A stretch of 54,873 nucleotides of DNA from Pseudomonadota bacterium (GCA_034439715.1 JAWXAY010000016.1:1-54873), one strand, 5' to 3'. Positions 18,092 to 28,929 are shown, counted from the first letter of the stretch. Program-made: numbers and translations. Notes: a model not told the origin generated them from the sequence alone.

Positions 18092-19355
18092 GTTTATCCC
18101 CTTTTAGTTTTTTATGAATGCCCAGGGCGGCGAGTTTACCTTGTTGAACAGCAGTGACTGTAAGGTCCTCACCGATGCCCGTGCAGTCACCGCCTGCAAA
18201 AACATTTTTTAACGAAGTTTCGAAATCAGAATTAACCAAGACTTTTCCTTGTTTGTTTTCTATTAACTGGGCCTCACTGCCTAACACTTCTAAATTTAGT
18301 TTCTGACCAATAGCTTTGAATATCTGTTCCGCTCTTAAGGTAAAGGTTTCAAATTCAACGCCGTCTTTTGTGATCTTCTTCGGCACACCATTTGTTTTTA
18401 TTAATACGCCATTTTTCTTTGCTAGTTCGATTTCATGGTGAGTGGCGCTCATATTTTCTAAACCGCGTCGGTACACGATCGTAACATTGTCAGCGCCAAG
18501 TTTTTTCATTTCGATCGCGATGTCAACGGCTGTATTACCTCCTCCGATTACCACAATATTTTGAGTCACCGGAATTTTCTGTAAATCTTTAGTCTGACGA
18601 ATTTTTGCAATAAACGTGACGGCATCTATGACACTCGGTAAATCCTCACCAGGAATCCCCAAAGAGTTAACGTTGGTCAGACCTATTCCTAAAAACACCG
18701 CTGAATATTTAGCTTTTAACTCAGTTAGAGTAAAATCACGACCCAACTTTTTATTGTTTTCAATTTTAATTCCGCCCACACTCAAAATAAATTCAATTTC
18801 TTTTTGCGCAAAGTTGTTCGTCAGCTTATACGGCGCCAGACCATACTCATTCAACCCCCCGGGTTTTTCTTGCGCTTCAAAAACGCTAACGTCATATCCC
18901 AGCAGGGAAAGTTGGTGGGCGCAGGAAAGTCCGGCAGGACCAGCGCCTATCACAGCTACCTTTAGTCCATTTGGTTTTGCCTGACGGAACGGCTTCTCAT
19001 CGGTTTTTAAAAATTCATCGACCGCATATTTTTGCAACTGGCCGATCGTCACAGGTTCTTTTTCTGATTTCTCGCGGACGCACGCTGCCTCACAAAGAGT
19101 TTCAACAGGGCACGCCCTAGCGCACGTCCCACCCATAATATTGGCACTTAAAATGTCCAGTGCAGCACCACGATTATTGCCGTTAGAAATCTTGCGAATA
19201 AAACTGGGAATGTCGATACCTGTGGGACATGCTGTGATACAGGGAGCATCGTAACAATAGTAGCATCGATTGGCCTCCCTCATCGCTTTTTTTACATCAA
19301 AGTCATCGGCAATACTGCAAAAGACTTTTTCATAATCAGAATCCATTGCATTCAT
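18072..19355 (-). CDS. preT: Dihydropyrimidine dehydrogenase subunit PreT (GltD-like)
   Basis: EANRCYYCYDAPCITACP, CARACPVETLCE..C, GAGPAG, GGGNTAVD; adjacent to preA. Confidence 0.92.
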   Translation of the reverse strand: MNAMDSDYEKVFCSIADDFDVKKAMREANRCYYCYDAPCITACPTGIDIPSFIRKISNGNNRGAALDILSANIMGGTCARACPVETLCEAACVREKSEKEPVTIGQLQKYAVDEFLKTDEKPFRQAKPNGLKVAVIGAGPAGLSCAHQLSLLGYDVSVFEAQEKPGGLNEYGLAPYKLTNNFAQKEIEFILSVGGIKIENNKKLGRDFTLTELKAKYSAVFLGIGLTNVNSLGIPGEDLPSVIDAVTFIAKIRQTKDLQKIPVTQNIVVIGGGNTAVDIAIEMKKLGADNVTIVYRRGLENMSATHHEIELAKKNGVLIKTNGVPKKITKDGVEFETFTLRAEQIFKAIGQKLNLEVLGSEAQLIENKQGKVLVNSDFETSLKNVFAGGDCTGIGEDLTVTAVQQGKLAALGIHKKLKGDKRGQPNL

Positions 19356-19361
19356 AGTTCG

Positions 19362-20672
19362 TTAGCCCTTTGAAACTTCTGCCAGAGATTTATCTATAAT
19401 CTCAAGCATCGTGTGAATTTGTTCTTTTTTTACTGATAAAGGAGGCACCACTCTGATCACATTATTAAACAGGCCGCCCTTGCCGAGGAGCAGGCCGTAG
19501 TCCTTGCAAGTGTCCATGAATTTTATAGTTTCTTCGGAAGCATACGCTTTAGTCTTTCTGTCTTTGACAAGCTCCATGCCTAAAAGAAGTCCGCGTCCAC
19601 GCACATCACCAATAATCTCATGTTTCTTCATTAGCTGTTCAAGTCCATCCTTTAATAGAGCACCCATGTTTTTGGCGTTAAGCACGAGCTTTTCTTCGCG
19701 AATAATATCCATAGTAATTTTAGCCTGCGTTGTTTGATATGGGTCACCGCCAAAAGTGTTAAAATAAGCTTTTCCAGATAATTTTTCGGCAACCTCAGAT
19801 TTCATAAGTACAGCACCAATCGCCGCACCATTGCCAAAACCTTTTGCCATCGTCACCATATCAGCATCAATTTTCAAAGTCTTCGTGAGAAGAAAATCTC
19901 CCCCGCAGCGCCCAGCGCCAGTTTGCACTTCGTCGCTAATATATTTTCCCCCGTATTCGTGTACGATTTTCGAAACAATATTAAAATATTCGTCAGGAGG
20001 AGTAATAAAGCCCCCCACGCCCATTACCGGTTCAGCGATAAAGGCCGCAATCTTGCCGTGAGTACTGGTTTGAATTGTCGTCTCAACATTTTTTGCACAC
20101 TCTAACGCGCAACTCGTAGGAACTTTACCAAAGGGGCAGCGATAACAATAAGGTTCCATGGCTGATGTCGTGCTAGTCACAGGTTGTGCTTTAAAGCGCC
20201 AAGAAGAGTGCCCACAATTAGCAAGCACAGCCGAAGTGCCACCGTGGTAAGAATGTCTGAGGTTGACTACCATGGTTTCGCCGGTCGCGTGCCGAGCCGC
20301 CATGAAGGCGAGTTCGTTGGCCTCTGAGCCCGAATTAGTAAACGATACTCGGTCTAGTCCGCTGGGACTTTCTTCAAGCAGACTTGCAGCCGCCGCTACA
20401 CTCTGTTCGGTCAAATAAATTTTACTGGTATGTTGAATAACGTCGTCCTCGAGCATCTTCATAAGAGCTTTTTTAATTTTGGGATGATTGTGACCTGCCG
20501 AAATACAAACAATGCCGCCGATGGCATCCAAATATTTCTTGCCAGTCTCGTCCCAAACATACTCACCTTGTGCCTTTACCATTTGAATGGGATCCTTATG
20601 ATGATAAAGGGAAGCTGTGGGCAGAAAATGTTTTTTTCGAAATTCTATGAGTGCATTTTTTGAAAGGCTCAT
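19362..20672 (-). CDS. Class III PLP aminotransferase (beta-alanine/AGXT2-like)
   Basis: FTNSGSEANE, AFIAEPVMGVGG, ISDEVQTG.GR, DMVTMAKGFGNG; operon context. Confidence 0.9.
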   Translation of the reverse strand: MSLSKNALIEFRKKHFLPTASLYHHKDPIQMVKAQGEYVWDETGKKYLDAIGGIVCISAGHNHPKIKKALMKMLEDDVIQHTSKIYLTEQSVAAAASLLEESPSGLDRVSFTNSGSEANELAFMAARHATGETMVVNLRHSYHGGTSAVLANCGHSSWRFKAQPVTSTTSAMEPYCYRCPFGKVPTSCALECAKNVETTIQTSTHGKIAAFIAEPVMGVGGFITPPDEYFNIVSKIVHEYGGKYISDEVQTGAGRCGGDFLLTKTLKIDADMVTMAKGFGNGAAIGAVLMKSEVAEKLSGKAYFNTFGGDPYQTTQAKITMDIIREEKLVLNAKNMGALLKDGLEQLMKKHEIIGDVRGRGLLLGMELVKDRKTKAYASEETIKFMDTCKDYGLLLGKGGLFNNVIRVVPPLSVKKEQIHTMLEIIDKSLAEVSKG

Positions 20673-20683
20673 TTTACACCATT

Positions 20684-21550
20684 CTACTGGTCAGTTAACG
20701 TTTTATATGTTTCGGGTCGACGATCGCGATAAAACTGCCAAAGGTCGCGGACTTCTTTGATTTCATCAAAATTAAGTTCGCCCATAACCAGCTCATCTTT
20801 ATCAGAAGAACCTTTGGCAATTATTTTTCCGCGGGGGTTAGCAAAATATGAACTTCCGTAAAACTCGCCGATATTCCATGGAGACTCTTTGCCCACGCGG
20901 TTGATGGCGCCCACAAAATAACCATTGGCCGCAGCATGAGCGGGCTGTTCCAACTCCCAGAGGTATTGGGAAAGTCCTGCTACAGTGGCAGACGGATTAA
21001 AAATAATCTCGGCGCCATTAAGTCCCAAAGCTCTGGCTCCTTCTGGAAAATGCCGATCGTAACAGATATAGACACCTACATTTCCGTAAGCTGTTTTAAA
21101 AACAGGATAACCCAAATTACCAGGTTTAAAGAAAAATTTCTCCCAAAAGCCCGCGACTTGCGGAATATGATTTTTTCGGTATTTGCCGAGATATTTTCCA
21201 TCGGCATCAATTACTGCTGCCGTATTATAGTAAACGCCGGTCATGTGTTCTTCGTAAATGGGGACCACGATTACCATACTATATTTTTTTGCGTATTCGC
21301 ACATGATCTTGGTGGTAGGCCCATCGGGAATGGCTTCGGCCAGGCCATACCACTTTTTGTCTTGTGACGGACAAAAATAAGGCCCGGTAAAGATTTCTTG
21401 AAAACAAAGCATCTTGACTCCGGCTTGTCCTGCTTTAACTATATAGGGAATATGGGCTTCGATCATGGCGTTTCTATGTTGGTCACAAGAAGCAGCAGTG
21501 TCGAGTTTGTTGGCGACCTGAATAAGCCCTGCCTTTACTATTCTAGACAT
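20684..21550 (-). CDS. Beta-ureidopropionase (nitrilase superfamily)
   Basis: CFQEIF, KYRKNHIP, ICYDRHFPE (E-K-C triad). Start MSRIVKAG overlaps the hydA stop. Confidence 0.9.
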   Translation of the reverse strand: MSRIVKAGLIQVANKLDTAASCDQHRNAMIEAHIPYIVKAGQAGVKMLCFQEIFTGPYFCPSQDKKWYGLAEAIPDGPTTKIMCEYAKKYSMVIVVPIYEEHMTGVYYNTAAVIDADGKYLGKYRKNHIPQVAGFWEKFFFKPGNLGYPVFKTAYGNVGVYICYDRHFPEGARALGLNGAEIIFNPSATVAGLSQYLWELEQPAHAAANGYFVGAINRVGKESPWNIGEFYGSSYFANPRGKIIAKGSSDKDELVMGELNFDEIKEVRDLWQFYRDRRPETYKTLTDQ

Positions 21551-22934
21551 TAAATTCTCCTGGTTTTTTTCGTGGAAGATATTTGCCAAAGCCTTTGCCA
21601 ATAAAAGCCTTACCTTCATCGATGGCAACAGTGCCTCGCAAAATTGTCGTGCGGCATTTACCCGTCACTTGCCATCCTTCATAAGCGCTGTAGTCACAAT
21701 TCATATGATGAGTTTTTGCCGACATCGTGTGTTTTTTATCGGGATCGAAAATCACGATGTCTGCGTCAGCGCCCACAGCAATTGTTCCCTTTTTCGGAAA
21801 GAGCCCGAAAATTTTCGCAGGTTTGGTAGAGGTCACTTCGACAAATTTGTGAATGTCTAAGCGATTTTTCAAAACACCTTCAGAAAACATGAGCTCCATT
21901 CGGTTTTCGATTCCGGGTGCGCCATTAGGAATTTTTGAAAAGTCTTTGAGACCCATCTTCTTTTGGTCCCAGCAAAAAGGACAGTGGTCGGTGGCAACCA
22001 CTTCTATTAAATTTTGCGTGATCCCCTTCCATAAGGCAGCCTGGTCTTTCTTTTTTCGCAGAGGGGGACTCATTACATACTTAGCGCCGCCAAAGTCTGC
22101 CTCGGCATAGACCGAGTCATCCAGCAGCAGATACTGTACACAAGTTTCCACAAACACTTTTTGATTTCTTTTGGTCGCCTCGCGCACGCGGTTAAGAGCT
22201 TCTTCGCAAGTCATGTGCACAATATAAAGGGGATGACTGCCCTCAAAAGCAATGTCAATAATTCGACCCGTCGCTTCGGCTTCGACAATAGGAGGGCGCG
22301 ATAAGGGGTGAAATTCGGGAGATAGATTTCCCTTATTTCTATTCTCGGTCACAAGGACATCCACCAGATCGCCATTTTCCGCATGGGTCGTTACCATGCC
22401 ACCATACTTTTTGACTTCTCTCATCAACTCAATAATTTGCCGGTCATCGAGCATCAAAGCACCTTTGTAGGCCATGAAGGTTTTAAATGAAGTCACCCCT
22501 TGGTTTTCAACGAGACTCTTAATTTCTTTTTTGGTGTTTTCATTAAAATCAGTTACCGCCACGTGAAAGGCATAATCGCCGACAGCTTTACCCTTGGCTT
22601 TCTCATGCCAGGTATTAAGTGCCGATTGCAAACTATCGCCCTGAGTTTGGATTGCAAAATCAATTATTGTCGTGGTGCCACCGTGTAGGCCCGCCAAGGT
22701 TCCTGTAAAAAAGTCATCACTGGCATGAGTTCCCATAAAAGGTAATTCCATGTGCGTGTGCGCGTCGATTCCCCCCGGAAATAAAAAACAGCCTTTAGCG
22801 TCGATAACACGCGTGGCCTTATCTTGTAAATCAGTACCGACTGTATGAACTTTTTCGCCTTCAATATAAACATCAGCATCTTGAATATCTGAAGCCGTGA
22901 CAACAGTGCCATTTTTGATGAGTAGAGAGTTCAT
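21543..22934 (-). CDS. hydA: Dihydropyrimidinase
   Basis: PGGIDAHTHM, GGTTTIIDF, SFKTFMAYK, HAENGD, ATDHCPF, DADIVIFDP. Confidence 0.95.
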   Translation of the reverse strand: MNSLLIKNGTVVTASDIQDADVYIEGEKVHTVGTDLQDKATRVIDAKGCFLFPGGIDAHTHMELPFMGTHASDDFFTGTLAGLHGGTTTIIDFAIQTQGDSLQSALNTWHEKAKGKAVGDYAFHVAVTDFNENTKKEIKSLVENQGVTSFKTFMAYKGALMLDDRQIIELMREVKKYGGMVTTHAENGDLVDVLVTENRNKGNLSPEFHPLSRPPIVEAEATGRIIDIAFEGSHPLYIVHMTCEEALNRVREATKRNQKVFVETCVQYLLLDDSVYAEADFGGAKYVMSPPLRKKKDQAALWKGITQNLIEVVATDHCPFCWDQKKMGLKDFSKIPNGAPGIENRMELMFSEGVLKNRLDIHKFVEVTSTKPAKIFGLFPKKGTIAVGADADIVIFDPDKKHTMSAKTHHMNCDYSAYEGWQVTGKCRTTILRGTVAIDEGKAFIGKGFGKYLPRKKPGEFNV

Positions 22935-24406
22935 TGAACCTTCCCTTGATTCCAAATATTGGCATCTGACATCCAACGCTGAGTTACTATTTTCTCATCA
23001 GTAAAAAAATCTACAGAGGCCGAACCGTGAGCTTTTATGTCTCCGTAAAAAGAATCTCTCGAACCGCCAAAACTAAAAAACGACATAGGTGCAGGCACCC
23101 CAATGTTAATACCAACCATGGTAGGAGCAATTTCGCTGCAAAATTTTCGTGCTGATGGCCCACTCGATGTAAAAAGTGTGGTGGTGTTGGCATAGGGACT
23201 GCGATTTACCCAGGCGATCGCTTCTTCAAAAGTTTTAACATTGGCTAACAATACCACCGGGCCAAAAATTTCTTCTCTACCAACTCGCATGTTTTCGGTG
23301 ACGTCTGAAATGACAGTGGGTTTTAAAAAATAACCTGGTAGGTGGTCCACACCCTTTCTGCCATCGACGAGAATCTTTGCACCATCTGCCTTGGCAGACT
23401 CTATTAAACCAATAATTCGGTCTTTGGCTTCACGAGATATCACAGGCCCCATCTGCACATTGGGATCGAGTCCATCACCAATGGTGACATCAGTCGCACT
23501 TACGGTCATGCGTTCTTGCACCTGCTTGTAGGTTTCGTCACCGACACAGATAATCACCGAGCCCGCAAGGCAACGCTCTCCCGCACAACCAATCACAGAT
23601 TCTAAAGCTGTGGCCACAGATTTTTCCATAATGGCGTCGGGCAATATTACCATAAAGTTTTTAGCGCCGCCTAAGGCTTGAACCCTTTTTCCGTGAGAGC
23701 AGGCCGTCGTGTAAACATATTTTGCGACGGGTGTAGACCCCACAAAGCAAACTCCCTTAACTGTAGGATGGGTGCATAAAGCCGTGACAACGTCTTTACC
23801 GCCGTTAACGAGATTCATAACGCCTTTTGGTAATCCCGTTTGCTCAATCAATTTGAAAACTAAGGCTTGGGTGAGGGGCACTCTCTCGCTGGGCTTTAAA
23901 ACAAAAGTGTTGCCAGCAGCTATCGCGAAGGGCCAAAACCAAAAAGGCACCATCGCCGGAAAATTAAAGGGCGCGATACCGGCAAAAACTCCCATCGGCT
24001 GACGAATTGTTAAGCAGTCTATGCCTCGAGCAATGTCTTCAGAATATTCACCTTTTTGAAAACTAGGCATTCCCGTAGCCGTTTCTACCATCTGAATTCC
24101 CCGTCGCACACTGGCCCGGGCCTCTGAAAGGGTTTTTCCGTGTTCAAGGGTTACTGTTCGAGCTAATTCTTCGACATTCGCATCGAGAAGCGTTTTGAGT
24201 TTAAAAAGATACTGTACTCTTTCGATAGCCGGCACCAGCTTCCAGTTTTGAAAGGCGACGGCTGCGGCCAATACAGCTCGATTCACATCCTCTGAGGTTC
24301 CCACAGGACAAAGGCCGATTTCCTGATTTGTCGCTGGATTTGTGATGGGAGTTTGAATTTTTCCAAGTGATGAGACCCAATTGCCATTAACAAAATCTTG
24401 AAGCAT
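22931..24406 (-). CDS. mmsA: CoA-acylating (methyl)malonate-semialdehyde dehydrogenase
   Basis: PFNFPAMVP, LKPSERVP, FVGST, KRVQALGGAKN, GCAGERCLA, EEIFGPV; AGGAGG RBS. Confidence 0.92.
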   Translation of the reverse strand: MLQDFVNGNWVSSLGKIQTPITNPATNQEIGLCPVGTSEDVNRAVLAAAVAFQNWKLVPAIERVQYLFKLKTLLDANVEELARTVTLEHGKTLSEARASVRRGIQMVETATGMPSFQKGEYSEDIARGIDCLTIRQPMGVFAGIAPFNFPAMVPFWFWPFAIAAGNTFVLKPSERVPLTQALVFKLIEQTGLPKGVMNLVNGGKDVVTALCTHPTVKGVCFVGSTPVAKYVYTTACSHGKRVQALGGAKNFMVILPDAIMEKSVATALESVIGCAGERCLAGSVIICVGDETYKQVQERMTVSATDVTIGDGLDPNVQMGPVISREAKDRIIGLIESAKADGAKILVDGRKGVDHLPGYFLKPTVISDVTENMRVGREEIFGPVVLLANVKTFEEAIAWVNRSPYANTTTLFTSSGPSARKFCSEIAPTMVGINIGVPAPMSFFSFGGSRDSFYGDIKAHGSASVDFFTDEKIVTQRWMSDANIWNQGKVQ

Positions 24407-24535
24407 ATTTCACCTCCTAAGAATAAGTCAGAAAGACTAACCGAAGTCGCCACTCTCGACAAACTAAAGTTTTTAAGCCTTGAGTCAAGTTTACTCTTGG
24501 CAGGTCCTGACTTTAGCTGTTATCTTTTTTGAACC

Positions 24536-25843
24536 ATGAAATCTCGCTTTAAACGCCGCTTACTCTTGGTTTTTTCTTTTGTTTTTGCAGGGGCGATCGC
24601 CTATGGGATATTCTCTCTTTCTCCTAAAACAGGAAAGTTGACTCCCCAGGAATACTTTTGCCCCGCCTGTTTAGAGGGATTTATCCTTAAGAGTACAACC
24701 TTTGAAGTTCCGAAAGAGATTCAGTTTATAGAAGACAGTTTATTTCTTTATATTCCGGCCCAACTTGATCTTGCCGAAAAGGCCATGATCCTTTCTGTTC
24801 TGCAGAATCTAAGTCAAATGGGCGTGGGCAATCAATCAGAGTTTGCACTTTTAGGCACTCGACTTTTTGAGGCCTGGGGAAAATCCCGCCTCAACATTAA
24901 AATACGGCTCGCCGAGCACGGCATATATCATCCTCAAAGGGGTATTCAGTGGCCCCGAATTAATGCCTGGCCTTTTGTTTATTTTTCAAGCCTGCAAACT
25001 TTCACCTTACAAGATGAAACTATGGCATTTGTTCTCATTCACCCCATGCAAACCGAATTCGATGTTTTCTTAAGTCTCGCCCATCAACTGTTTTACCTTT
25101 TTGATCCGGTTGATTATTCTACGATAAATAACCCTCACCTTCAGCAAACTCTCAGGACCTTCAGAGCTCTTCTGGTTGAACTCCACTTATATGGAATTTA
25201 CAAAGAACGGTTTCCGAATAAAAAAGTCTCTCAATATCGCGCACGAGTTTTTCAAAAATTATTAAAAAAGGCTAACAAACGTGACTATGCTCCCCTATTT
25301 GAATGGGTTTTAGAGCAACTTTATCCGGGTGATTGGACGAAAGAGTTATTAACAGAAGAGATAAAGGCTCGCGTATTCTTAAAGCCACGACCCTCAGAAA
25401 AATATACAGATAAATCGACTGATAAATCAACTCAGGAGGAATCAAATGAAATTATTTCTCTGGGAGATCTCTCCATTCCTTACTCATTAAAAGAGCCGGT
25501 CAGTTTTGTGGGTCGGGTGTTGCCAAGCTTTGCCGCTCGAGATTCTCAGATCACAACTTCTAAATTTTCAGAATTATTCTCCATGAACTCAACGGCCGAT
25601 GGACTTCTTATGGAGCTCAGACCTCAGAACAATACCTCGGCAGACAATAGCCCGGCACTCATTCGCTTTTCAGGAATTCGCAAAGAAATTATTGAATTCA
25701 TGCGAACTTCTCTAGGCGAAAGCCAGACTGATGACCGCACAGAGATTATTAACTCTTATATCAAAGGCGGCGTGCCACACTTACTAAATTTTAGTGCGCC
25801 ACTAGCTGAAGGGGTCAAACCAGGTCTCCTGGAAGAGTTTTGA
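24536..25843 (+). CDS. Hypothetical membrane-anchored protein
   Basis: 435 aa, N-terminal TM anchor, CPAC motif; family not recognised. Confidence 0.7.
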   Translation: MKSRFKRRLLLVFSFVFAGAIAYGIFSLSPKTGKLTPQEYFCPACLEGFILKSTTFEVPKEIQFIEDSLFLYIPAQLDLAEKAMILSVLQNLSQMGVGNQSEFALLGTRLFEAWGKSRLNIKIRLAEHGIYHPQRGIQWPRINAWPFVYFSSLQTFTLQDETMAFVLIHPMQTEFDVFLSLAHQLFYLFDPVDYSTINNPHLQQTLRTFRALLVELHLYGIYKERFPNKKVSQYRARVFQKLLKKANKRDYAPLFEWVLEQLYPGDWTKELLTEEIKARVFLKPRPSEKYTDKSTDKSTQEESNEIISLGDLSIPYSLKEPVSFVGRVLPSFAARDSQITTSKFSELFSMNSTADGLLMELRPQNNTSADNSPALIRFSGIRKEIIEFMRTSLGESQTDDRTEIINSYIKGGVPHLLNFSAPLAEGVKPGLLEEF

Positions 25844-26562
25844 TGCTTAAATATTTAATTTTAAAATCAAACGAATATTTTATTCCGATGGTGAAACACC
25901 AAGCCGTTTTTTTATTTATCGGCCTGTTCATTTTTGAAGGTGCGTTTCAATACTTGCTGTTCTTGAATAGAAGTATGAATGAGCTTGTAAAAAGTGGAGT
26001 TAATATCCCGCAGTTTATTGTGATTTCCAATTTGTTGCTGTACCTCATGATTTCTATGATTTATTCTTTTTTTCTAGCAGTCGTGGTGACTTTTTCTGTT
26101 CACGCTGTGATAACGAAAATCAAAATCCCATGGTTCAAAACCCTTAAAGACGTGGCCTGGCCTTTGACCGTGGAATCAATGAGAGCTTTGGGCAAAGTAC
26201 TTTTGTGGAGCTTTTTGATTATCCCAGGACTTCAGTGGTACGTGCGCTATTTCTTAGTGCCCCTAGTGGTGCTACTCGAGCCAGAATTTAAAAAAGGTAA
26301 AATTGATGCCTTAAAGCTTTCTGAATTTTTGACCCAGGGTTTCGCTTGGAAAGTCGCGGGGTTTATCCTGATGACCATGCTCGTTTCAACACTGCGCTTC
26401 CAAGATATCTTCAACATTGGAACAAACCCTATCGCGGTGATTTTATTGTATTTAGCTTGGGCTACAGTACAACTTTACGCATCTCTAATGTGTTATTTCT
26501 TGTACCAATACCTTTATGAGATTAAAAAAGACTCGATTCAAAAATACCTTGAAGGGGCCTAA
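25840..26562 (+). CDS. Hypothetical integral membrane protein
   Basis: Several TM segments; LIIPG..WYVRY.LVP.VVL.E ... DALK.S..LT.G pattern. Confidence 0.75.
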   Translation: MMLKYLILKSNEYFIPMVKHQAVFLFIGLFIFEGAFQYLLFLNRSMNELVKSGVNIPQFIVISNLLLYLMISMIYSFFLAVVVTFSVHAVITKIKIPWFKTLKDVAWPLTVESMRALGKVLLWSFLIIPGLQWYVRYFLVPLVVLLEPEFKKGKIDALKLSEFLTQGFAWKVAGFILMTMLVSTLRFQDIFNIGTNPIAVILLYLAWATVQLYASLMCYFLYQYLYEIKKDSIQKYLEGA

Positions 26563-26574
26563 CTAGGAGATAAA

Positions 26575-27633
26575 ATGAATACGATTTTTGGCCGTAAAGA
26601 ACTTTCTTGCTCGCGTGTCGGCCTCACTTATGATGACGTATTGTTAGTTCCTAGAAAATCTGAAGTTAGAAGTCGGCGAAATCCTAATTTAGGTGCAAAA
26701 ATCACAAAATTGAGGTCCCTACAAATTCCCATCATAAGTGCCAATATGGACACCGTCACGGAGTCGGAAATGGCTATTGCCATGAATGTCCTCGGTGGCA
26801 TGGGAATTATCCACCGTTTTTTATCGATAGAAAACCAGGTAGCTGAGGTTCGCAAAGTCGCCGATTCTGAGGCGACAATTATTAGCGCCAGCTTAGGTGT
26901 AAATGATGATTTTAAAGAACGTGCCCGAGCTTTGGTTGACGCCGGAGTTAATGTTTTAACTATCGACATTGCTCACGGACACTCCATCCAAATGCTCGAA
27001 ACTTTGAAGTTTCTCAAAGACTCCTTTCCGGGTGTCGAAGTCATCGCGGGAAATATTTCAACTCCTGAAGCTGCCGAGGAGCTCATCGAAGCCGGCGCTG
27101 ACTCACTAAAGGTTGGAATTGGTCCCGGCTCTATGTGCTCTACGCGAGTGATTACTGGCTGCGGGGTTCCGCAGATGACAGCCGTAGCTTTTTGTACCGA
27201 GGTTGCTGATGCCTACGGCGTGCCTGTCATCGCAGACGGCGGAATTAAATCTTCTGGCGACATCGTAAAGGCATTGGCGGCTGGCGCCCAGACAGTCATG
27301 TTAGGAAACCTATTGTCTGGCACCATGGAAACTCCTGGCGATATTAAGTCTGGTCATAAGATCTATCGCGGCATGGCCTCAAAATCAGCGCAGGTTTCTT
27401 GGCGCGGCGTTTTACCTGAAGGTATGGCTCCGGAGGGCGAGAGCACTCGTGTTTCGGTAAAGGGTCGTGTACGCGATGTGGTGATGGAGCTTTGTGGTGG
27501 TATCAGGAGCGGTATGAGTTATCTCAACGCCGAAACAATTACTGAACTACAAAATAATGCTCGTTTTATTCAAATAACTTCACATGGAGTATTTGAATCA
27601 AAACCCCACGGCCTCGAAAAAGGTGCGGACTGA
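26575..27633 (+). CDS. IMP dehydrogenase / GMP reductase family enzyme lacking the CBS subdomain
   Basis: [55 protein letters not shown]; 352 aa. Confidence 0.92.
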   Translation: MNTIFGRKELSCSRVGLTYDDVLLVPRKSEVRSRRNPNLGAKITKLRSLQIPIISANMDTVTESEMAIAMNVLGGMGIIHRFLSIENQVAEVRKVADSEATIISASLGVNDDFKERARALVDAGVNVLTIDIAHGHSIQMLETLKFLKDSFPGVEVIAGNISTPEAAEELIEAGADSLKVGIGPGSMCSTRVITGCGVPQMTAVAFCTEVADAYGVPVIADGGIKSSGDIVKALAAGAQTVMLGNLLSGTMETPGDIKSGHKIYRGMASKSAQVSWRGVLPEGMAPEGESTRVSVKGRVRDVVMELCGGIRSGMSYLNAETITELQNNARFIQITSHGVFESKPHGLEKGAD

Positions 27634-27637
27634 AATT

Positions 27638-28849
27638 TTAAAAAGTAAAAGCTTCGAAAACAACAGTTCTGCTTGTCGTACTTCCATTTCCCAGCTGTCC
27701 GTATGAATTGGCTCCCCAAGAATAGACTTTATTTCCGACAATGGCGTAACTTGATGCCCTCGAGCCCACACTATCATAAGTTCCAGAAGCAGTTACATCG
27801 CTAGCATTATCTAAGCCGACCAATTTAAATGGTGTAGAAACGTCGACGTACGTTTCATTTCCGATTTGCCCAAAAGTATTACCTCCCCAACAATAAGCTT
27901 GGCCGCCTGCTAGTGCACAGGCATGGGTAGACGCTACTGATATTTTTTGAACGAGTTTTCCCTCAAAAGAAATTTGTGTGGGAACTACACGATCGATCAA
28001 GTCGCCCGTTCCTAGGCGGCCATTATTATTAAGTCCCCAACAGTAAAGTTTGGATTGTTTTATGGCACAAGTGTATTCCGCCCCAACGGCTACTGACGTA
28101 ACTCCCGAATTCATATTATTCACTGGGACGGGCTGCTTGCGGGCAACTGCTGTCCCATCACCAAGCTGGTAAAACCTATTGACGCCCCAACAATACAACG
28201 CTCCCGCTTTTATGGCGCAGGTATGATTGCCTTGATATCCTGTCGTCGCAACATCAGTCACGTCACTCTCCATCCCCGGCACAGCTACTGGATAATTTTG
28301 ATTAGTGGTGTTTCCAATGCCCAGTTGACCATCGCTATTATTGCCCCAACAATAAAGTTTTCGTTCTTTTATTGCACAAGTAGCAAAATATCCTGCAGTG
28401 ACTTTAGTTACGCCCGCAGACATTTCGATAACCGGCTGAGGAATAAAAGTTGGCGGTGCGGTACTAGCAACGGTTGTGCCATTTCCAAGCTGTCCGAAAC
28501 TATTCTGTCCCCAACAAAAAAGTGCGCCACCCACTTTTATAGCGCAGGTATAATGAGTTCCTGCGGCGGCATAGGTCACGTCTTTATCTAGGGCAGTTAC
28601 AGGCGACGATTGACTGACAATATTGCCATTTCCTACCTCGCCCCATTGATTAAAACCCCAACATTTCAAATTACCAGCATTTAATAAACAGGAGTGTAAA
28701 TGACCACCAGTAATACGAGTTTTTTCGGTCAAACTACTTGAGCCACTTAAGCCACTTAGATCAAGGGGTCTTTCATTACAATTCTGATAAATTAAAGTAG
28801 GCAATAACAGAGTAACTAAACAAAAGAGAATTATTTTCGACACTTTCAT
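27638..28849 (-). CDS. RCC1-repeat beta-propeller surface protein with a YQNC signal motif
   Basis: Repeated CWG.N..GQLG.G motifs (about 7); LLPTLIYQNCN. Start MKVSK after AGGAG. Confidence 0.9.
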   Translation of the reverse strand: MKVSKIILFCLVTLLLPTLIYQNCNERPLDLSGLSGSSSLTEKTRITGGHLHSCLLNAGNLKCWGFNQWGEVGNGNIVSQSSPVTALDKDVTYAAAGTHYTCAIKVGGALFCWGQNSFGQLGNGTTVASTAPPTFIPQPVIEMSAGVTKVTAGYFATCAIKERKLYCWGNNSDGQLGIGNTTNQNYPVAVPGMESDVTDVATTGYQGNHTCAIKAGALYCWGVNRFYQLGDGTAVARKQPVPVNNMNSGVTSVAVGAEYTCAIKQSKLYCWGLNNNGRLGTGDLIDRVVPTQISFEGKLVQKISVASTHACALAGGQAYCWGGNTFGQIGNETYVDVSTPFKLVGLDNASDVTASGTYDSVGSRASSYAIVGNKVYSWGANSYGQLGNGSTTSRTVVFEAFTF

Positions 28850-28929
28850 CCCGCACTCCTCTAGACCTAGACCCATATCGGCTGAATCAACGAAATTATA
28901 TAGCAAATTGAGTCTTTTTAAAATTAACG

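Noticed and set aside
14326..24002. Many overlapping or antisense ORFs in the track (e.g. 14326-14745, 18616-18984, 20936-21367; similarly 879-1433 and others elsewhere)
   Set aside because: They lie opposite or within well-supported genes and have no motifs of their own.
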